DNA of 64,000 bases from Blastocystis sp. Blastoise (taxonomy: Eukaryota > Protista > Bigyra: Opalinata), in contig JBBPEB010000005.1 of assembly GCA_039096225.1 (NCBI GenBank), positions 496,001 to 560,000 on the forward strand, read 5' to 3'. The notes below the pieces were generated by a model, which saw nothing but the letters and a program-made list of their open reading frames with translations, was not told where the DNA came from and searched no databases. The position numbers and the translations under genes were made by a program. Shown one piece after another: positions 17,101-29,785 of this stretch (the stretch's first letter is position 1; each line of letters opens with the position of its first letter).

Positions 17101-17197
17101 AAATAATTTTTTATAATGAATATAACTCAAAACGTTGTTTTTTATTTAAAATAATTTCTTCTTTATTTTTATATATTATTGAAAAAGTATAATAGAT

Positions 17198-17265
17198 TCT
17201 TATATCAGGAATTGAACCTGATTACAATTATTTATTGATTATAACTCTCCATGTAGAGTATAAGA
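17198..17265 (-). ncRNA. mascRNA-like tRNA-like structure (3'-proximal class)
   Basis: Reverse complement folds as TCTTATA CTCT ACATGG AGAG TTATAATCA ATAAA TAATTGTAA TCAGG TTCAATT CCTGA TATAAGA. Expression is not shown. Confidence 0.7.
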
Positions 17266-17684
17266 AATAAATAATAAATGATTAATAATAAATAATAATA
17301 AATAATAATAAATAAATAATAAATAATTAATAATAAATAAATAATTAACAATAAATAATAAACAATAAAAAATAAACAATATATAAAAATAATGAAGGAT
17401 ACTAAAAAACTAAACACACATATTTTCATGCAGCCGCGGTCCGGGGCCGTTAGGCACTGGACCTGCGGCGTGACCCTAGTATAGAATAATTCAAATAAAA
17501 CATAAATATTTAAAGGTAGGGTAAAAGTGATAATAATATGTTTTAAAAGAAAAAGTATTTTATAATCATATTGATATTATTTAAAATACTAACTATTTAT
17601 AAAACGATATGAATTGATAAAATACATAGAGAGTTATAAATGAAATAACAAAGAAAAGTGAATTAATATTGAAAACTATAAACT

Positions 17685-17785
17685 AAATAGAAATAGAAAT
17701 AGAAATAGAAATAGAAATAAAAATAGAAATAGAAATAGAAATAGAAATAGAAATAAAAATAGAAATAGAAATAGAAATAGAAATA
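17685..17785. repeat. (AAATAG)n microsatellite in Helitron B
   Basis: Hexamer repeat; a longer version lies at 51593-51778. Confidence 0.9.
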
Positions 17786-18589
17786 AGATCAAAAATAAAA
17801 CACAAGAGTTAATTAATTATCATTGATAAACAATAAATATATATAATCAATAATAAAAATGGCTAAAAAGAATATTAAAAAAAAAAGGAAATAATACTCA
17901 AAAACATATAGAATGTTAAGTAAGAATTATCAATATGTATGAATTAAATTATTTAAAATACTAAATTGAAAATTAAGATTAGAAGATAACAATTAAAAGC
18001 AATTGAAATAATATTTTATAAAATATGAAATAGTTTTAATCCTAAAAAAAAATAAAAACAGAAATGAATAACAAAAACATAAGAATAAATATTCATTTTT
18101 TAAAATTCAATGTAAGATATAACAATTGAGAGATAATAATTATCTAAACTCAAGCGTAGGCTGGCGTAGCCAGTCGTGAAACGCTTGTTTTATATTATTA
18201 TATATTATTATATATATTTTTATATTATTATATATAATTTTATATATTTTATATTATTATATATTATTATATATTATTATATATTATTATATATTACTAT
18301 ATATTACTATATATTATTATATATTATTATATATTACTATATATTACTATATATTATTACTAGGGTCACGCCGCAGGTCCGGGGCCTAACGGCACCGGAC
18401 CGCGGCTGCAATGAATAATAAGTGTTTGGTTTTTATACAATTTCTTTCCTTATTATCTATAATATATTATATATTATATATTATATATTATATATTATAT
18501 AATATGTATTATTTATTAAATATTATCTATTAGATGTTACTTATTATATATAATATATTATATATATTATACATTATTTTAATAAAACT

Positions 18590-18657
18590 TCTTATACTCT
18601 ATATGGAGAGTAACAATCATTTATTGATTGTTATCAGGTTCAATTCCTGATATAAGA
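18590..18657 (+). ncRNA. mascRNA-like tRNA-like structure (3'-proximal class)
   Basis: TCTTATA CTCT ATATGG AGAG TAACAATCA TTTAT TGATTGTTA TCAGG TTCAATT CCTGA TATAAGA; all four stems pair perfectly. Confidence 0.75.
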
Positions 18658-19949
18658 ATTAAATAGATTATTTAAATAATATCTGAAAAACTAAAAACAA
18701 AAAAAAATATATAAATTCTTGTTTGATTCATTATATTTGTTATTTATTTTTTTTTAAATATATTTTGTATTTATAAATAGTTTAGTTACTTTTTTAATCA
18801 TTATGGAATTTCTAAAGCTAATAAATCTCGAAATGGGTCACAATGTGAAGTATTGAAAAATATTTTTATTTTATTAAATTAATTTAAATAGATTAGAATA
18901 AAGTAGTTTAAACTATTTTTAACCATTTCATAAAACTAAAACAAATTTAACACAACAATATCAACATTTATTTTCACATTAACGACTTAAACACATAGTT
19001 TTAGAATTAATATTAATGAAATCAATCTAAATAGAATTTTTATACATAACAGTATCAACAATATCGCTTTTAGAGAGACTTTACCATTTCGATATCCACT
19101 GTATCAAAATCGTTTTAGACATAACTTTCACACAGTATAGATCTCATTGTATTATTTATTAATTATAGTTTAATGTCTTGAATCTCTGACCTCATGACGC
19201 TTTTTAATACATTTTGAAAAATTGACACACTTATAGTTAATTTAAAACTCTAATATTTAAACACTATACTCAACATAACTCTATCAATACATTAGTTACC
19301 ATTTTAACACTCTTTATAAACATTTTACATTTGGTCATACACTTTTTCAAGAGTATTTTTGTCACTTCTTTTAATATAATTTAGACTATAGTTCATAGTT
19401 TGATAAATAAAATGTTTTATATTGAATCTCGTCCGTTGAGTAACTTATTTCTACATTTAAAAAAATAAACCCCTTTAAACTTGTTTTTAAAAGTCAAAAT
19501 TTTCATAGTATAATAAAAACACAATTTTAAACAAAGAAGCTAACTCTTTAAAATTTCTAGACAACTCAAACACATTGTTAATTAACTTTTCAAAAATGAA
19601 ATTCTCTTAATTTTTAATATGTTGTAGAATTTAGCTTAGTGTATATTAAATCATTTTTTAGAATTTCGAATCTCTTAGTTTAAGAACCCCTTTTTACAAT
19701 TTTTTAAATTTTACAACCTTAAACTTACTTTTATGACTTTATATTTACACAATAATATATATATGCAAGATGAATTAGTGGAGAAAAACAAAACTTAAAT
19801 ATCTCAATCATTGACAGTATTAAATCAGTTATACTATATAAAGTTAAAAGTGGACAATAGATATTTTAAATTAAATTGAATCCAAACATTTAAAAACTTG
19901 ACACTATTTAATATATTAAGTAATTGAAGAATTATCTTAATAGTCGACA

Positions 19950-21516
19950 CAATTTAAATAAAAAAAAAAAAAAAGAAAAAGAACAAAACAAAAATAGAAC
20001 AAAAGAAAACATTTAAATATAGAATAGCTAAAACGATAACAACAGCATAAATAAATAAATAATATAAAGAAAGCAGATAATAGAAAGCTATTAAATGTGA
20101 AAAATAATAATAATAATAAGCAAAAGAAAAAGAAAAAGAACTAAAAAAAAAAAATCTAAACATAACCATAACACTAAGAGAACCTATATAGATAAAAGAT
20201 ATATATATATATAATAAGAGATAGTATAATAAATATATCTAACATATATATATATACCTTCAGTATTAAAAACTATTCACACCATCACTATATAGATATA
20301 AGATATAGATATATTAAAAGAAATATTATAAATATTTGTTATATATATATATATATATATATACCTTTAGATACATTTTTATTATTAAAATGAAAGCTAA
20401 CATTAGGGTGATAAGATCCCCTATTAGAAAAGACACCTATATATAATATAATAAATGATAAAATATATATAAACAATAAATATATATATATACCTTCTAA
20501 AGAAGGAACAGAGGAAACACCATGATATCTTAACTGACTTGAAGAACCTATATATAATGAAAAGATAATTAATAAATCAAAAAAAAAAGAAAGGAAGAAA
20601 TAAGAATATACCTGTATCATTATTACCATTAATCCAAGACTCCATAAGAAAAGAACGACCTATATAAGATAAAAATAATAATAAACTAAATTAAATTTAA
20701 AAAGTAGACATACCTTCATCATTAATACGTTCAGCAACTACAACCACAACAGTAGAATAACCTATAAAGAAACAGTAATAGACAAATAATAAATAAAAAA
20801 AAATAATAATAAATGAATGACAATATATATATACCTTTAATATCATATGAGCAGTCTACCTGATCACCAACAACATCCATAGCAACATTTACATCAATAA
20901 AACAAACCTATATATATAAAAGTAAAAAAAGAAAAATAAATGAATGACAACATACCTTCAACACCACACAGACATCTATTATCAACATCACTGTTAACAT
21001 GTACAACAACTGAAGAACCTATATATATAGAAATAATAAAAAAATAATAATAAAATATAAAAAAAAAAAAATAAATGATTGGTAACATACCATCTATAAA
21101 GCAAGAAGAACCTACATCAACACCGATATCACTATTGGAATCACTTACAATAACAGAAGAACCTATATATAAAGAAAAGTTAAAAAAATAAAAACAAATC
21201 ATTGACAACATACCTTCACAGTTAGCATAACAGGCAACACCACCACCTCTGTATGATACAAATAACATAGAACAACCTAAAATAATATAATAAATAATTA
21301 ATAAAAAAAGAAATGGAAAATATATACCTTTAAGACCATCAGAGCAAGTACCACCAAGACTAAGAACATACATAACTGGATTCTATTGAGTAGAAGAACC
21401 TAAATATGAATACTAATAACAAATAGATACAATATACCTGATTTTCTTTGAAATATAAATTATTTTTTATTTCCAGACCTCCACCTTGAAGCAATTTTGT
21501 TGTTCTTAGACATCAT
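19950..21516 (-). pseudogene. Helitron-borne micro-exon gene remnant (basic first exon, then repeated Gly-Ser-Ser-starting short exons)
   Basis: MMSKNNKIASRWRSGNKK*FIFQRKS followed by a phase-1 GT intron, then more than 10 short exons, many starting GTTCTTC and ending AAG|gt. In-frame stops in exons 1 and 2. The lower boundary is approximate. Confidence 0.55.
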
Positions 21517-21599
21517 AATTAATAATTTAATATATAAATGAGTATTAGATTATGTATTTAACAATCCTATTTCATTTGAATTAATAAATATAATAGGGT

Positions 21600-21730
21600 C
21601 TATTTTTAAAATATGCTTCTTAAAACATAATAGAAATCAAAAATAGCCTTAATTTTTCATTGATTTTATTACAAAAGTAATAATTGGGTCATTCTGGTTT
21701 AAAATCATTTTGGGTACCCAAAAAACATAG
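21600..21730. promoter_or_regulatory. Putative bidirectional promoter of Helitron A
   Basis: TTTTGGGTAC...CCCAATT motif pair conserved with 60995-61030; lies between the divergent sense ATG and the antisense spliced unit in both elements. Confidence 0.4.
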
Positions 21731-21871
21731 TTCTTTACTCTTTTTTAAATATTTTATTGTATTGATTGACTTAGTGTGTTTTATTTATTTATTTAAAGTT
21801 ATTTAACTTAGTATTATATTTATCTATTTATATACTAATTTATTTATTTAAAATAATACACTTCTTTATAG

Positions 21872-22288
21872 GATTCTCTTGTATTTGCCTTGGTTGTCAT
21901 GGTTAGTGGTTCTTGAAGTGGTCCTGGTTAAATGAAATGGTTTATTTAGTGTCAGGTATATAAATATATATATTTTTTATAATATTTCATTTTTAATTCA
22001 TTTGTTTCTTTAATTGTTTCTTTTTTTATTATCTTTTTGGTTTATATTTTCTTTATATATAATTAATCAATAGATTATTAGTTATTTTTATTCTATAGGG
22101 AAGAAAATGTAACTGATGTGTGTGTTATACTCTTCGTTTTTTCATGTCTTTCTTTTAAATCTGTGGTTTCAGGTTGATTTATATGTATATATTTATATTT
22201 TATTTATTATTTTTGTTATTTATTGTTTCTTTATTTATTTATATTTTATTTATTAAATTTATTTTATTTATTTATTTATTTATTTATT

Positions 22289-22331
<43 letters not shown>

Positions 22332-22910
22332 TTATATTTATTATATTTATATGTTTATTTATTTATTATTATTTATTTATTTTATATGTTTATTTATTTA
22401 TTTTTAATATTTATTTATGTATTTATTAATTATTTATATTATCTTTTTTATATGTTTTCTATTTTATATAGGTTTAAAATCTTCTTATTCTTTTTTTTCT
22501 TCTTTCTTCTTCCTTCTTACTTCTTTCTCATTCTTTCTACTTCCTATTTCCTTCTTCATTCCTTCTTCCTTCTTCCTATTTCCTTCTCCATTCATGCTTC
22601 CTTCTTCCTATTTCATTCTTCATTCATGCTTCCTACTTCCTACTTCCTACTTCCTTCTTCCTTCTTCCTCATCTTTGATTCTTCTTACTTACTTCTTCTT
22701 CATTCTGGATTCTTCCTTCTTCCTCATCCTTCCTTATTCTTACTTCTTCTTACTTCCTTCTTTCTCATCCTTCTTCCTCATCCTTCCTTATTCTTACTTC
22801 TTCTTCCTAATCCTTCCTACTTCCTTCTTCCTCATCCTTCCACTTCATTTCCTTCTTATTATATATATATAAATATATATATTTGATTATTATTATTATT
22901 TATAAACTCC
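21872..22910 (+). ncRNA. Putative spliced non-coding transcript, antisense to the Helitron, ending at a tRNA-like element
   Basis: AG/GT-bounded exons 21872-21955, 22099-22172 and 22472 onward (CT-rich tract). Stops occur in all three frames of the first exon. A homologous layout lies at ~60790-59902. Confidence 0.45.
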
Positions 22911-22976
22911 TTTTATGCTCTAGAAGGAGAGAAACAATCATATAGATTGTTTTCAGGTTCAATTCCTGACATAAAG
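22911..22976 (+). ncRNA. mascRNA-like tRNA-like structure (5'-proximal class)
   Basis: TTTTATG CTCT AGAAGG AGAG AAACAATC ATATA GATTGTTT TCAGG TTCAATT CCTGA CATAAAG. Confidence 0.75.
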
Positions 22977-23009
22977 TGTTATTTTTTTATTTTTTAATAT
23001 TTTATTCAC

Positions 23010-23064
<55 letters not shown>

Positions 23065-25069
23065 TCTTTTTTAAATTTATTTTAAACCATTTTAATTTAT
23101 ACTTTTCAATTTTGATCTTAAACATATATATCTAACTTTTTATAGCTTTTTTAGACTTCCTCTTCTTAACAACAGTCACAATGAGAACAAATCTATTTAT
23201 ACTCAAACAAATAAATTATCTCTAAACTGTTTGAATCAATCAATATAGACGTGTCTGACATAATTTATCAATTTAAACTCAATTTTAATAATTAAAAGTA
23301 AACAAACCAAACACACATGTCGACTTTAAAACGTTAAACTCAGTATTAATAATTTATTTTTATAGAGTAAACACGAAACATTGATTTATACAAAAAGGAA
23401 TGGAAACAATCAACTCTTGATACAACTTTACCATTTGGCAAAACACTCATCCACAATATTTTCTAAAGTACTTTTCATAAAGTGTTTATATACACATGCT
23501 ATCTATAAAATGAAAGTCAACTTCTTGAATCTCTTTGTTTAAGACACTACTTAATACATTTTGACAAATAGACAACCTTTAACTTATTATATAAAGCTAA
23601 TATTTTAAAATTAAACTTGATTTAGACCTATGAACACATTAGTCAACACTTTAGACTTTTTAAAGACACTTTACCATTTGGTCATACACTTTGATCAAAA
23701 TATTTTTGTCCCTCCTTTTAATATAATATAGGTTATACACTCTAGTTTAATGACTAAAAGCTCTTATTTTGAATCTCGTCCTCTAAGTCACTCATTTTTA
23801 CATTTTCTAAAAATTAAGACCCTTAGAGTTGATTTTTTAAGTTAATTTTTCTACAGTGTTCCAAAAACACGATTTTGCTCAAACTGAAGTAAAAATAAAT
23901 TTTAAATAATAGTCACAACACCTCACACATCCATTCTTTAAAAATTATTTTAACTGTACTTTTGATATGTTGTAGAGCTACTATAGCTGTACACTAATTA
24001 ATATCTCTAAATTTTTTATTCATAGTTTAAGACTATGTTTTACACATTCTTTTAAATTTGACAACCTTAAACTATTTATTTAAAGCTCTTATTCATAAAA
24101 TAGACTTGATACATGATTCTAAACACATATATAAACCCTTTTACTTTTTAAGACACATTTTGTCATTTGGTCATACACTTTGACCTTCATAATTTTGACT
24201 CTCCTTTTAATATAGAATAGAGTTATAAGTCTAGTTTACTAAATAAAAGTCATAATATTGAATCTCTCACTCTAAGACCACTTAATTCACATTTTTCAAA
24301 ATTGTCACTTTTAAACTCGTTATTTTAAAACTCTGTTTTAACTATAGTAGTTTGATGACCTATTGATTACTATGCTACAATATTAGTCCATTATAAGAAG
24401 ATCGAAGAAAATATCGATCACTCAAAAATCGTCCTCAGGAGCTCAAAATCGCTACACCTAGGTTTTTGGACCTCCTGAATCAGAATATCATGTCAAATTG
24501 AGAATCTAAATTTGACCGTTAAGGCCTCACGTGTTCAATATGAAAAAGTATTAAAAAATAGATAAATATAAAGAATAAACACGGATAACGTATATTGTGG
24601 GATTGAGAAAAAATCAAGTTTACCCCATGTTTATTTTTCAATTGTCTGGTCAACAATTTTTATCGGGGTCACCCCAAAGAGCCAATCAAAAACGACTCAA
24701 AAATCATGTTTTCTGTTTTTTTATTAATAACTTTTTAATTATAAACAATATCGCTTATCCAAATATACGGTGCAAAACTACACGTTATATCGTATTGAAC
24801 TGTGTTTCAACCAAAAGTTAACTCCCCGTAAGTTTAGAGGAGTTGCGGCGACAAACTATAGTATATAGTAGCCAATCAAATGGTTTTTCCAAAAACTGAC
24901 CAATGGGAATTTTTTTGCCTATTTGCTTTATAATAGTAATGATATATTATTATATATTACTATATATTACTATATATTATTATATATTATATATATTATT
25001 ATATATTATTATATATTATTAAATTAATAAATGTAATAACTATTATTATTAACATAATATTTATAAAGA

Positions 25070-26125
25070 AATTTTCAAAATATGATGCTGATTATATAGA
25101 ATTATTTAAACATAATACTATAAGAGAATCATCATATGACTACTATAAAGATATGATATCAGATTCAATCAATAATCAAACAAATGATACTAATGATTGT
25201 ATAAATTCTAATTATACTTCTATTACAATAACTCAAGAGAATGAAAACTTCTGAAAATCTGAAAAAACATTCATGAAACAAATGAATAATCAAAGTTTAC
25301 TAAAATAAATACTTTTGACAAAGAAGAGGAAGTATATATAGAACAAGATATAGATGATAATTTAACAAAAGATGAAGAAGAATTAATTAATAAAATTAAA
25401 GATTCTACATCTTCAGTTGATATTACTAATTCATCATATATAGATAATCTTCTACAGATTCACAATAATAGAGATTAAAATAATATAGCTTCTATTAATT
25501 ATATTCAACATGAAGATTATATAGATGAAGAGAAAAACGATATTAGTGAAGAGATATATGGCAAATGATATGATTCAAGCTTTATTAATAAATACAGAAA
25601 TTGTATATACTGTTGACATAAATAAACGTCAATCATTATTGGATCAATCTACTTATACAATTAATATAGCCTTTATAAAAACAGAATATAAACTAATGCT
25701 CTCTGATCCATTAAATGATACATTTGTTCTGAATTATTAAAGAGTCATTCAGAATTTAAGACCATATCTATAGGTTAAGCTAAGAAGAGGATAAGAGAGA
25801 GATTTCCTAGAATCAACTACAACTATATTCATTATACTGTTACTAATATTATACTTAATGAAAATTTATATAGTTATATCGTTTTAATAATAGAAGTAGT
25901 TAATAAAATGAATATAAATAATTAAGTATTCTTCATGTTATTTGGTAAATAGAAAACCAATAATGAAATAGCTTTGAATAGTCACAGTATACCTAAGGAT
26001 CTTCGTTTGTTATCATAGTATACCATGATAGTAGGTAACATAAGTCTATTAACTCTATCTCCATCAGTAATCCTTCTTAGTGGTACTTTCATGGGTCTCA
26101 GTAGTGTAGCTCTTGTCATTACAGG
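25070..26125 (+). pseudogene. Decayed coding-like sequence, unidentified
   Basis: Acidic/Asn-rich coding-like composition broken by stops and frameshifts (includes ORF 25525-25740). Confidence 0.3.
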
Positions 26126-26706
26126 TATATATATGATATATAATATATATATATATGTAATGATAAGGATATATATAAAGATGTAGATGAGTTATATATT
26201 GATGTATATGGTTTTTGAATGTATTTGTGACATAATGTTATATATATAATATATATATTCTATATTAGTACTATATATAGTATATATAGTATATATAGTA
26301 TAGATATAACCTATATACATAAAGATATATATAACTAGTATATAGAATGGTTTAACATTAATAATAATATCTCTTCGTAGTTATAATAATTTCGCATCTT
26401 TATAATACAAGTTATATATATCTTTATGTATATTGGTTATATATATACTATATATTCTATATAATATATATATGCTATATAAGTACTATTTATATATTCT
26501 ATATAACATATATATTCTATATAAGTACTATATATACTATATATAGAATATATATATTATATATATAACATTATATCACAGATGAATCTAAAGACCATTT
26601 ACATCAATATATAACTCATCTACATCTTTATATATATCCTCATATCATTTTACATATATATATATAATATATGATATAATTTATATACACATTATATATA
26701 TATACC
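26124..26706. repeat. Imperfect long inverted repeat (arms of about 230-300 bp, centre about 26370)
   Basis: aggatatatataaagatgtagatgagttatatattgatg (~26166) is the exact reverse complement of ~26602-26640; inner arms 26303-26348 and 26395-26442 also pair. Confidence 0.8.
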
Positions 26707-26709
26707 ATT

Positions 26710-29200
26710 TATATATCATTTATATATCATATATTGCTTCTATGTATTATCTATTCCTTCTATATATTATCTTTATACCATCTATTCCTTCTATATATAT
26801 CACATATATAATATCTATATATATCATCTATATATTATCTATATATATACCATCTATATCTATATATTACTATATATTACTATATATCATCTATATATGA
26901 TCTATTCTTTCTATGTATTATCTATATACCTTCGATTCATCCTATATACATCATATGCATAATATCTATATATTATATATATATCTATATGTCATATATA
27001 TATTACCTATATACCATTTATATATCATTTATATATCATATATATATATCATTTATATATCATATATTCATTCTATATACATTATATACATAATTTCTAT
27101 ATATTATATATATGTTATCTATATATATTTTATATATTATCTATATATCATTTATATATCATCTATTCATTCTATGTATTATCTATTCATTCTATATATT
27201 ATCTATATACCATCTATTCATTCTATGTATTATCTATTTCTTCTATATATTATCTTTATACCATGTATTCCTTCTATATATATCATATATATAATATCTA
27301 TATATATCATCTTTATATTATCTATATAATATCTATATATTATCTATATATCATTTATATATTATCTATATATCATTTATATATCATGTATATATCATGT
27401 ATATATCATGTATTCATTCTATTTACAATCTATTCCTTCTATATATCATCTATATATCATCTATATATCGTATATATATTATCTATTACTTGTATCTATA
27501 TCTATATATCATTTATATAATATTATATATAATATATATATATATCATTTATGTATATCTATATACTATATATATCATCTATTTTTTCTATCTATTATCT
27601 ATATATCATCTATTCCTTCTATTAATTATCGATATTTCAATATATCCATATACATCTATATACCATCTATATATTATCTATATATTACTTATTCATTTTA
27701 TAGATAATATATTTCTTCATTATATTATCTATTCCGATATATTATGTATATATTACTATATATCATATATATACCATACATATGTTATCTATATACTATA
27801 TATATTATCTATATACCGTCTATTCCTTCATTTATCTATTCATTCCATATATAATCTGTTCCATCTATATTAAATCCATATAATATCTATATATCATCTA
27901 TTTCTTCCATAAGTAATCTATATATCATTTATATATTATCTATATTATCTATATATTTATAATCTTTTTCTTCTATTTATCATCTATATAATATATATCA
28001 TCTATTTCATCTATATATACCATCTATTTCATCTATATATACTACTATTTCATCTATATATTATCATCTATATACCATCTATATTATCTATATTATCTAG
28101 AATATATATTATCTATATTATCTATATTATCTATATTATCTATATTATCTAGATTATCTATATTATCTATATTATCTATATTATCTATATTATCTATATT
28201 ATCTAGATTATCTATATTATCTAGATTATCTATATTATCTATATTATCTATATTATCTATATTATCTATATTATCTATATTATCTATATTATCTATATAA
28301 TCTATATTATCTATATAATCTATATTATCTATATATACTATATATACTACATATTTCTTCTATATATACTATATATACTACATATACTACATATTCCTTC
28401 TATATATACTATATATACTACATATTCCTTCTATATATACTATATATTATCTATATATTATCTATATATTCCTTCTATATATACAATATATACTATATAT
28501 TCCTTCTATATATTATCTATATATTCCTTCTATATATACTATATATACTATATATTCCTTCTATATAATATCTATATATACTATAAATATACTATATATA
28601 CTATATATTATCTATAATTACTATCTATTCTTTCTATATATATTTTTATATCATCTATATAGTATTTATAGCATCGATATATTATATTATATTATCAATA
28701 TAATCTTATATCATTTATATAACTATATATTCATTATATATATTATCTATATATCATCTATATCATACATATATTGTCTATATCATCTTATATTATTTAT
28801 ATATACTATATGTTCCTTCTATATATTATCTTTTTATCATATATCATATAACATATATCTATTCCTTCTATATATTATCTATATTATCTATATTATCTAT
28901 ATTATCTATATTATCTATAATATCTATATTATCTATAATATCTATATTATCATATTATCTATATTATCTATATTATCTATATCATCTATATCATCTATAT
29001 CATCTATATTATCTATATTATCTATAATATCTATATTATCTATATCATCTATATTATCTATATAATCTATATTATCTATATTATCTATATCATCTATATT
29101 ATCTATATTATCTATATATAATTTATTCCTTCTATTTATCATCAATATACTATCTATATATCATCTATATCATTTATACCATATATGATATATATATAAA
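26710..29200. repeat. Low-complexity/minisatellite tract including (TATTATCTA)n
   Basis: 9-bp units at about 28100-28330 and 28870-29120, with degenerate variants elsewhere. Confidence 0.85.
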
Positions 29201-29244
29201 TATAATAAACATATTATATATACTATTAGCTAATACTATATAGT

Positions 29245-29448
29245 TTCATTGATAACGAGATATTGTCACAAACGCCATGTTGTAAGATTCTGAAGCCTCT
29301 TTATGCTCTGCAGTCAAAAGGTAAGCCTGTCACTATTAGACGAAAGAGAAAGGCAGAAGAGGCTATGAATAAGAAGTATAAAAAGGTTCCTCATGTGAAA
29401 CGTGCCATACCACTTGAAGACCAGGTTAAAATGACTCGTTTTGATTAA
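29245..29448 (+). pseudogene. C-terminal exon of a second MULE-type transposase
   Basis: KILKPLYALQSKGKPVTIRRKRK...EDQVKMTRFD* aligns by eye with 52473-52690 (PIWPPLYAIRKRGPSRKNR...EEKVNIFDFSKFD). Both follow an intron with TCTATTATA repeats. Confidence 0.5.
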
Positions 29449-29754
29449 TTATTTATCAATATTATTTTCCATATTATTTCTAATACTATAAACAAATATG
29501 TATCTAATTTAACTAATTATCATAGTATTATTCATATATATCTTATTTAAATCTATTTTTATGATACTCATTCATTATATATATATATATATAAACATTT
29601 TTTATTTATTCAATTATTATACTCAAAATTATATTACATATTTTCCATATATATAACCTATTGTTTTTATTCTTGTTGAGTTCATCATTCTTAAATCTTT
29701 CTTCCTATATATCAATAAACAATAACATTCAATACTCTATAACCATAAACGAAC

Positions 29755-29785
<31 letters not shown>

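Larger units (their letters stand above)
15259..17479 (+). mobile_element. Non-autonomous Helitron, family A (2221 bp)
   Basis: 5' TCATTACTATA, 3' GC-rich hairpin (17433-17469) then CTAG. Inserted at A^T without TSD, as shown by the empty site in the duplicate at 51387/51388. Confidence 0.93.
3697..18187 (+). repeat. Tandem segmental duplication, copy 1 (GT61 + TLDc + hAT + MULE 5' part + Helitron B)
   Basis: Homology begins at aaaagtcaattttgattcccacaa (3697 and 37390) and stays collinear to the Helitron B end (18187 and 52180). The 236-aa and 118-aa ORFs are identical in both copies. Confidence 0.95.
11925..18187 (+). mobile_element. Non-autonomous Helitron, family B, inside a MULE intron (contains a nested Helitron A)
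   Basis: 5' A|TCCTTAATTTAGTTCTGC, shared with copies at 48053 and 52727. 3' GC-rich hairpin CAAGCGT-AGGCTGGC-GTA-GCCAGTC-GTGAA-ACGCTTG ending CTTG|T. No TSD. Internal ~183-bp and 247-bp degenerate repeats. Confidence 0.72.
18360..24942 (-). mobile_element. Long Helitron, family A (6.6 kb), with two repeat arrays, two tRNA-like elements and an internal degenerate gene
   Basis: Minus-strand 5' TCATTACTATTATAAAGCAAATAGGC at 24942; hairpin plus CTAG ending at 18360; A^T insertion within an AT minisatellite present on both flanks. Confidence 0.88.

Noticed and set aside
18590-18657. Calling the cloverleaves genuine tRNA genes
   Set aside because: No positions 8-9 or variable loop, an 8-9-bp 'anticodon' stem with a 5-6-nt unconserved loop, and no consistent anticodon, so they cannot be decoding tRNAs.
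21440-21516. Stop-codon reassignment explaining in-frame TAA/TAG
   Set aside because: NSUN6, GT61 and TLDc terminate normally at TAA, and the long RepHel exon has no internal stops; pseudogenisation is simpler.
22800-22910. MALAT1-type triple helix (ENE) upstream of the mimics
   Set aside because: Upstream sequence is U/C-rich, but no conserved A-rich tract abuts the acceptor stem across copies.
24597-24821. 74-aa ORF in the Helitron 5' module
   Set aside because: Non-ATG start, lies in the non-coding terminal region and is not reported for the other three copies.
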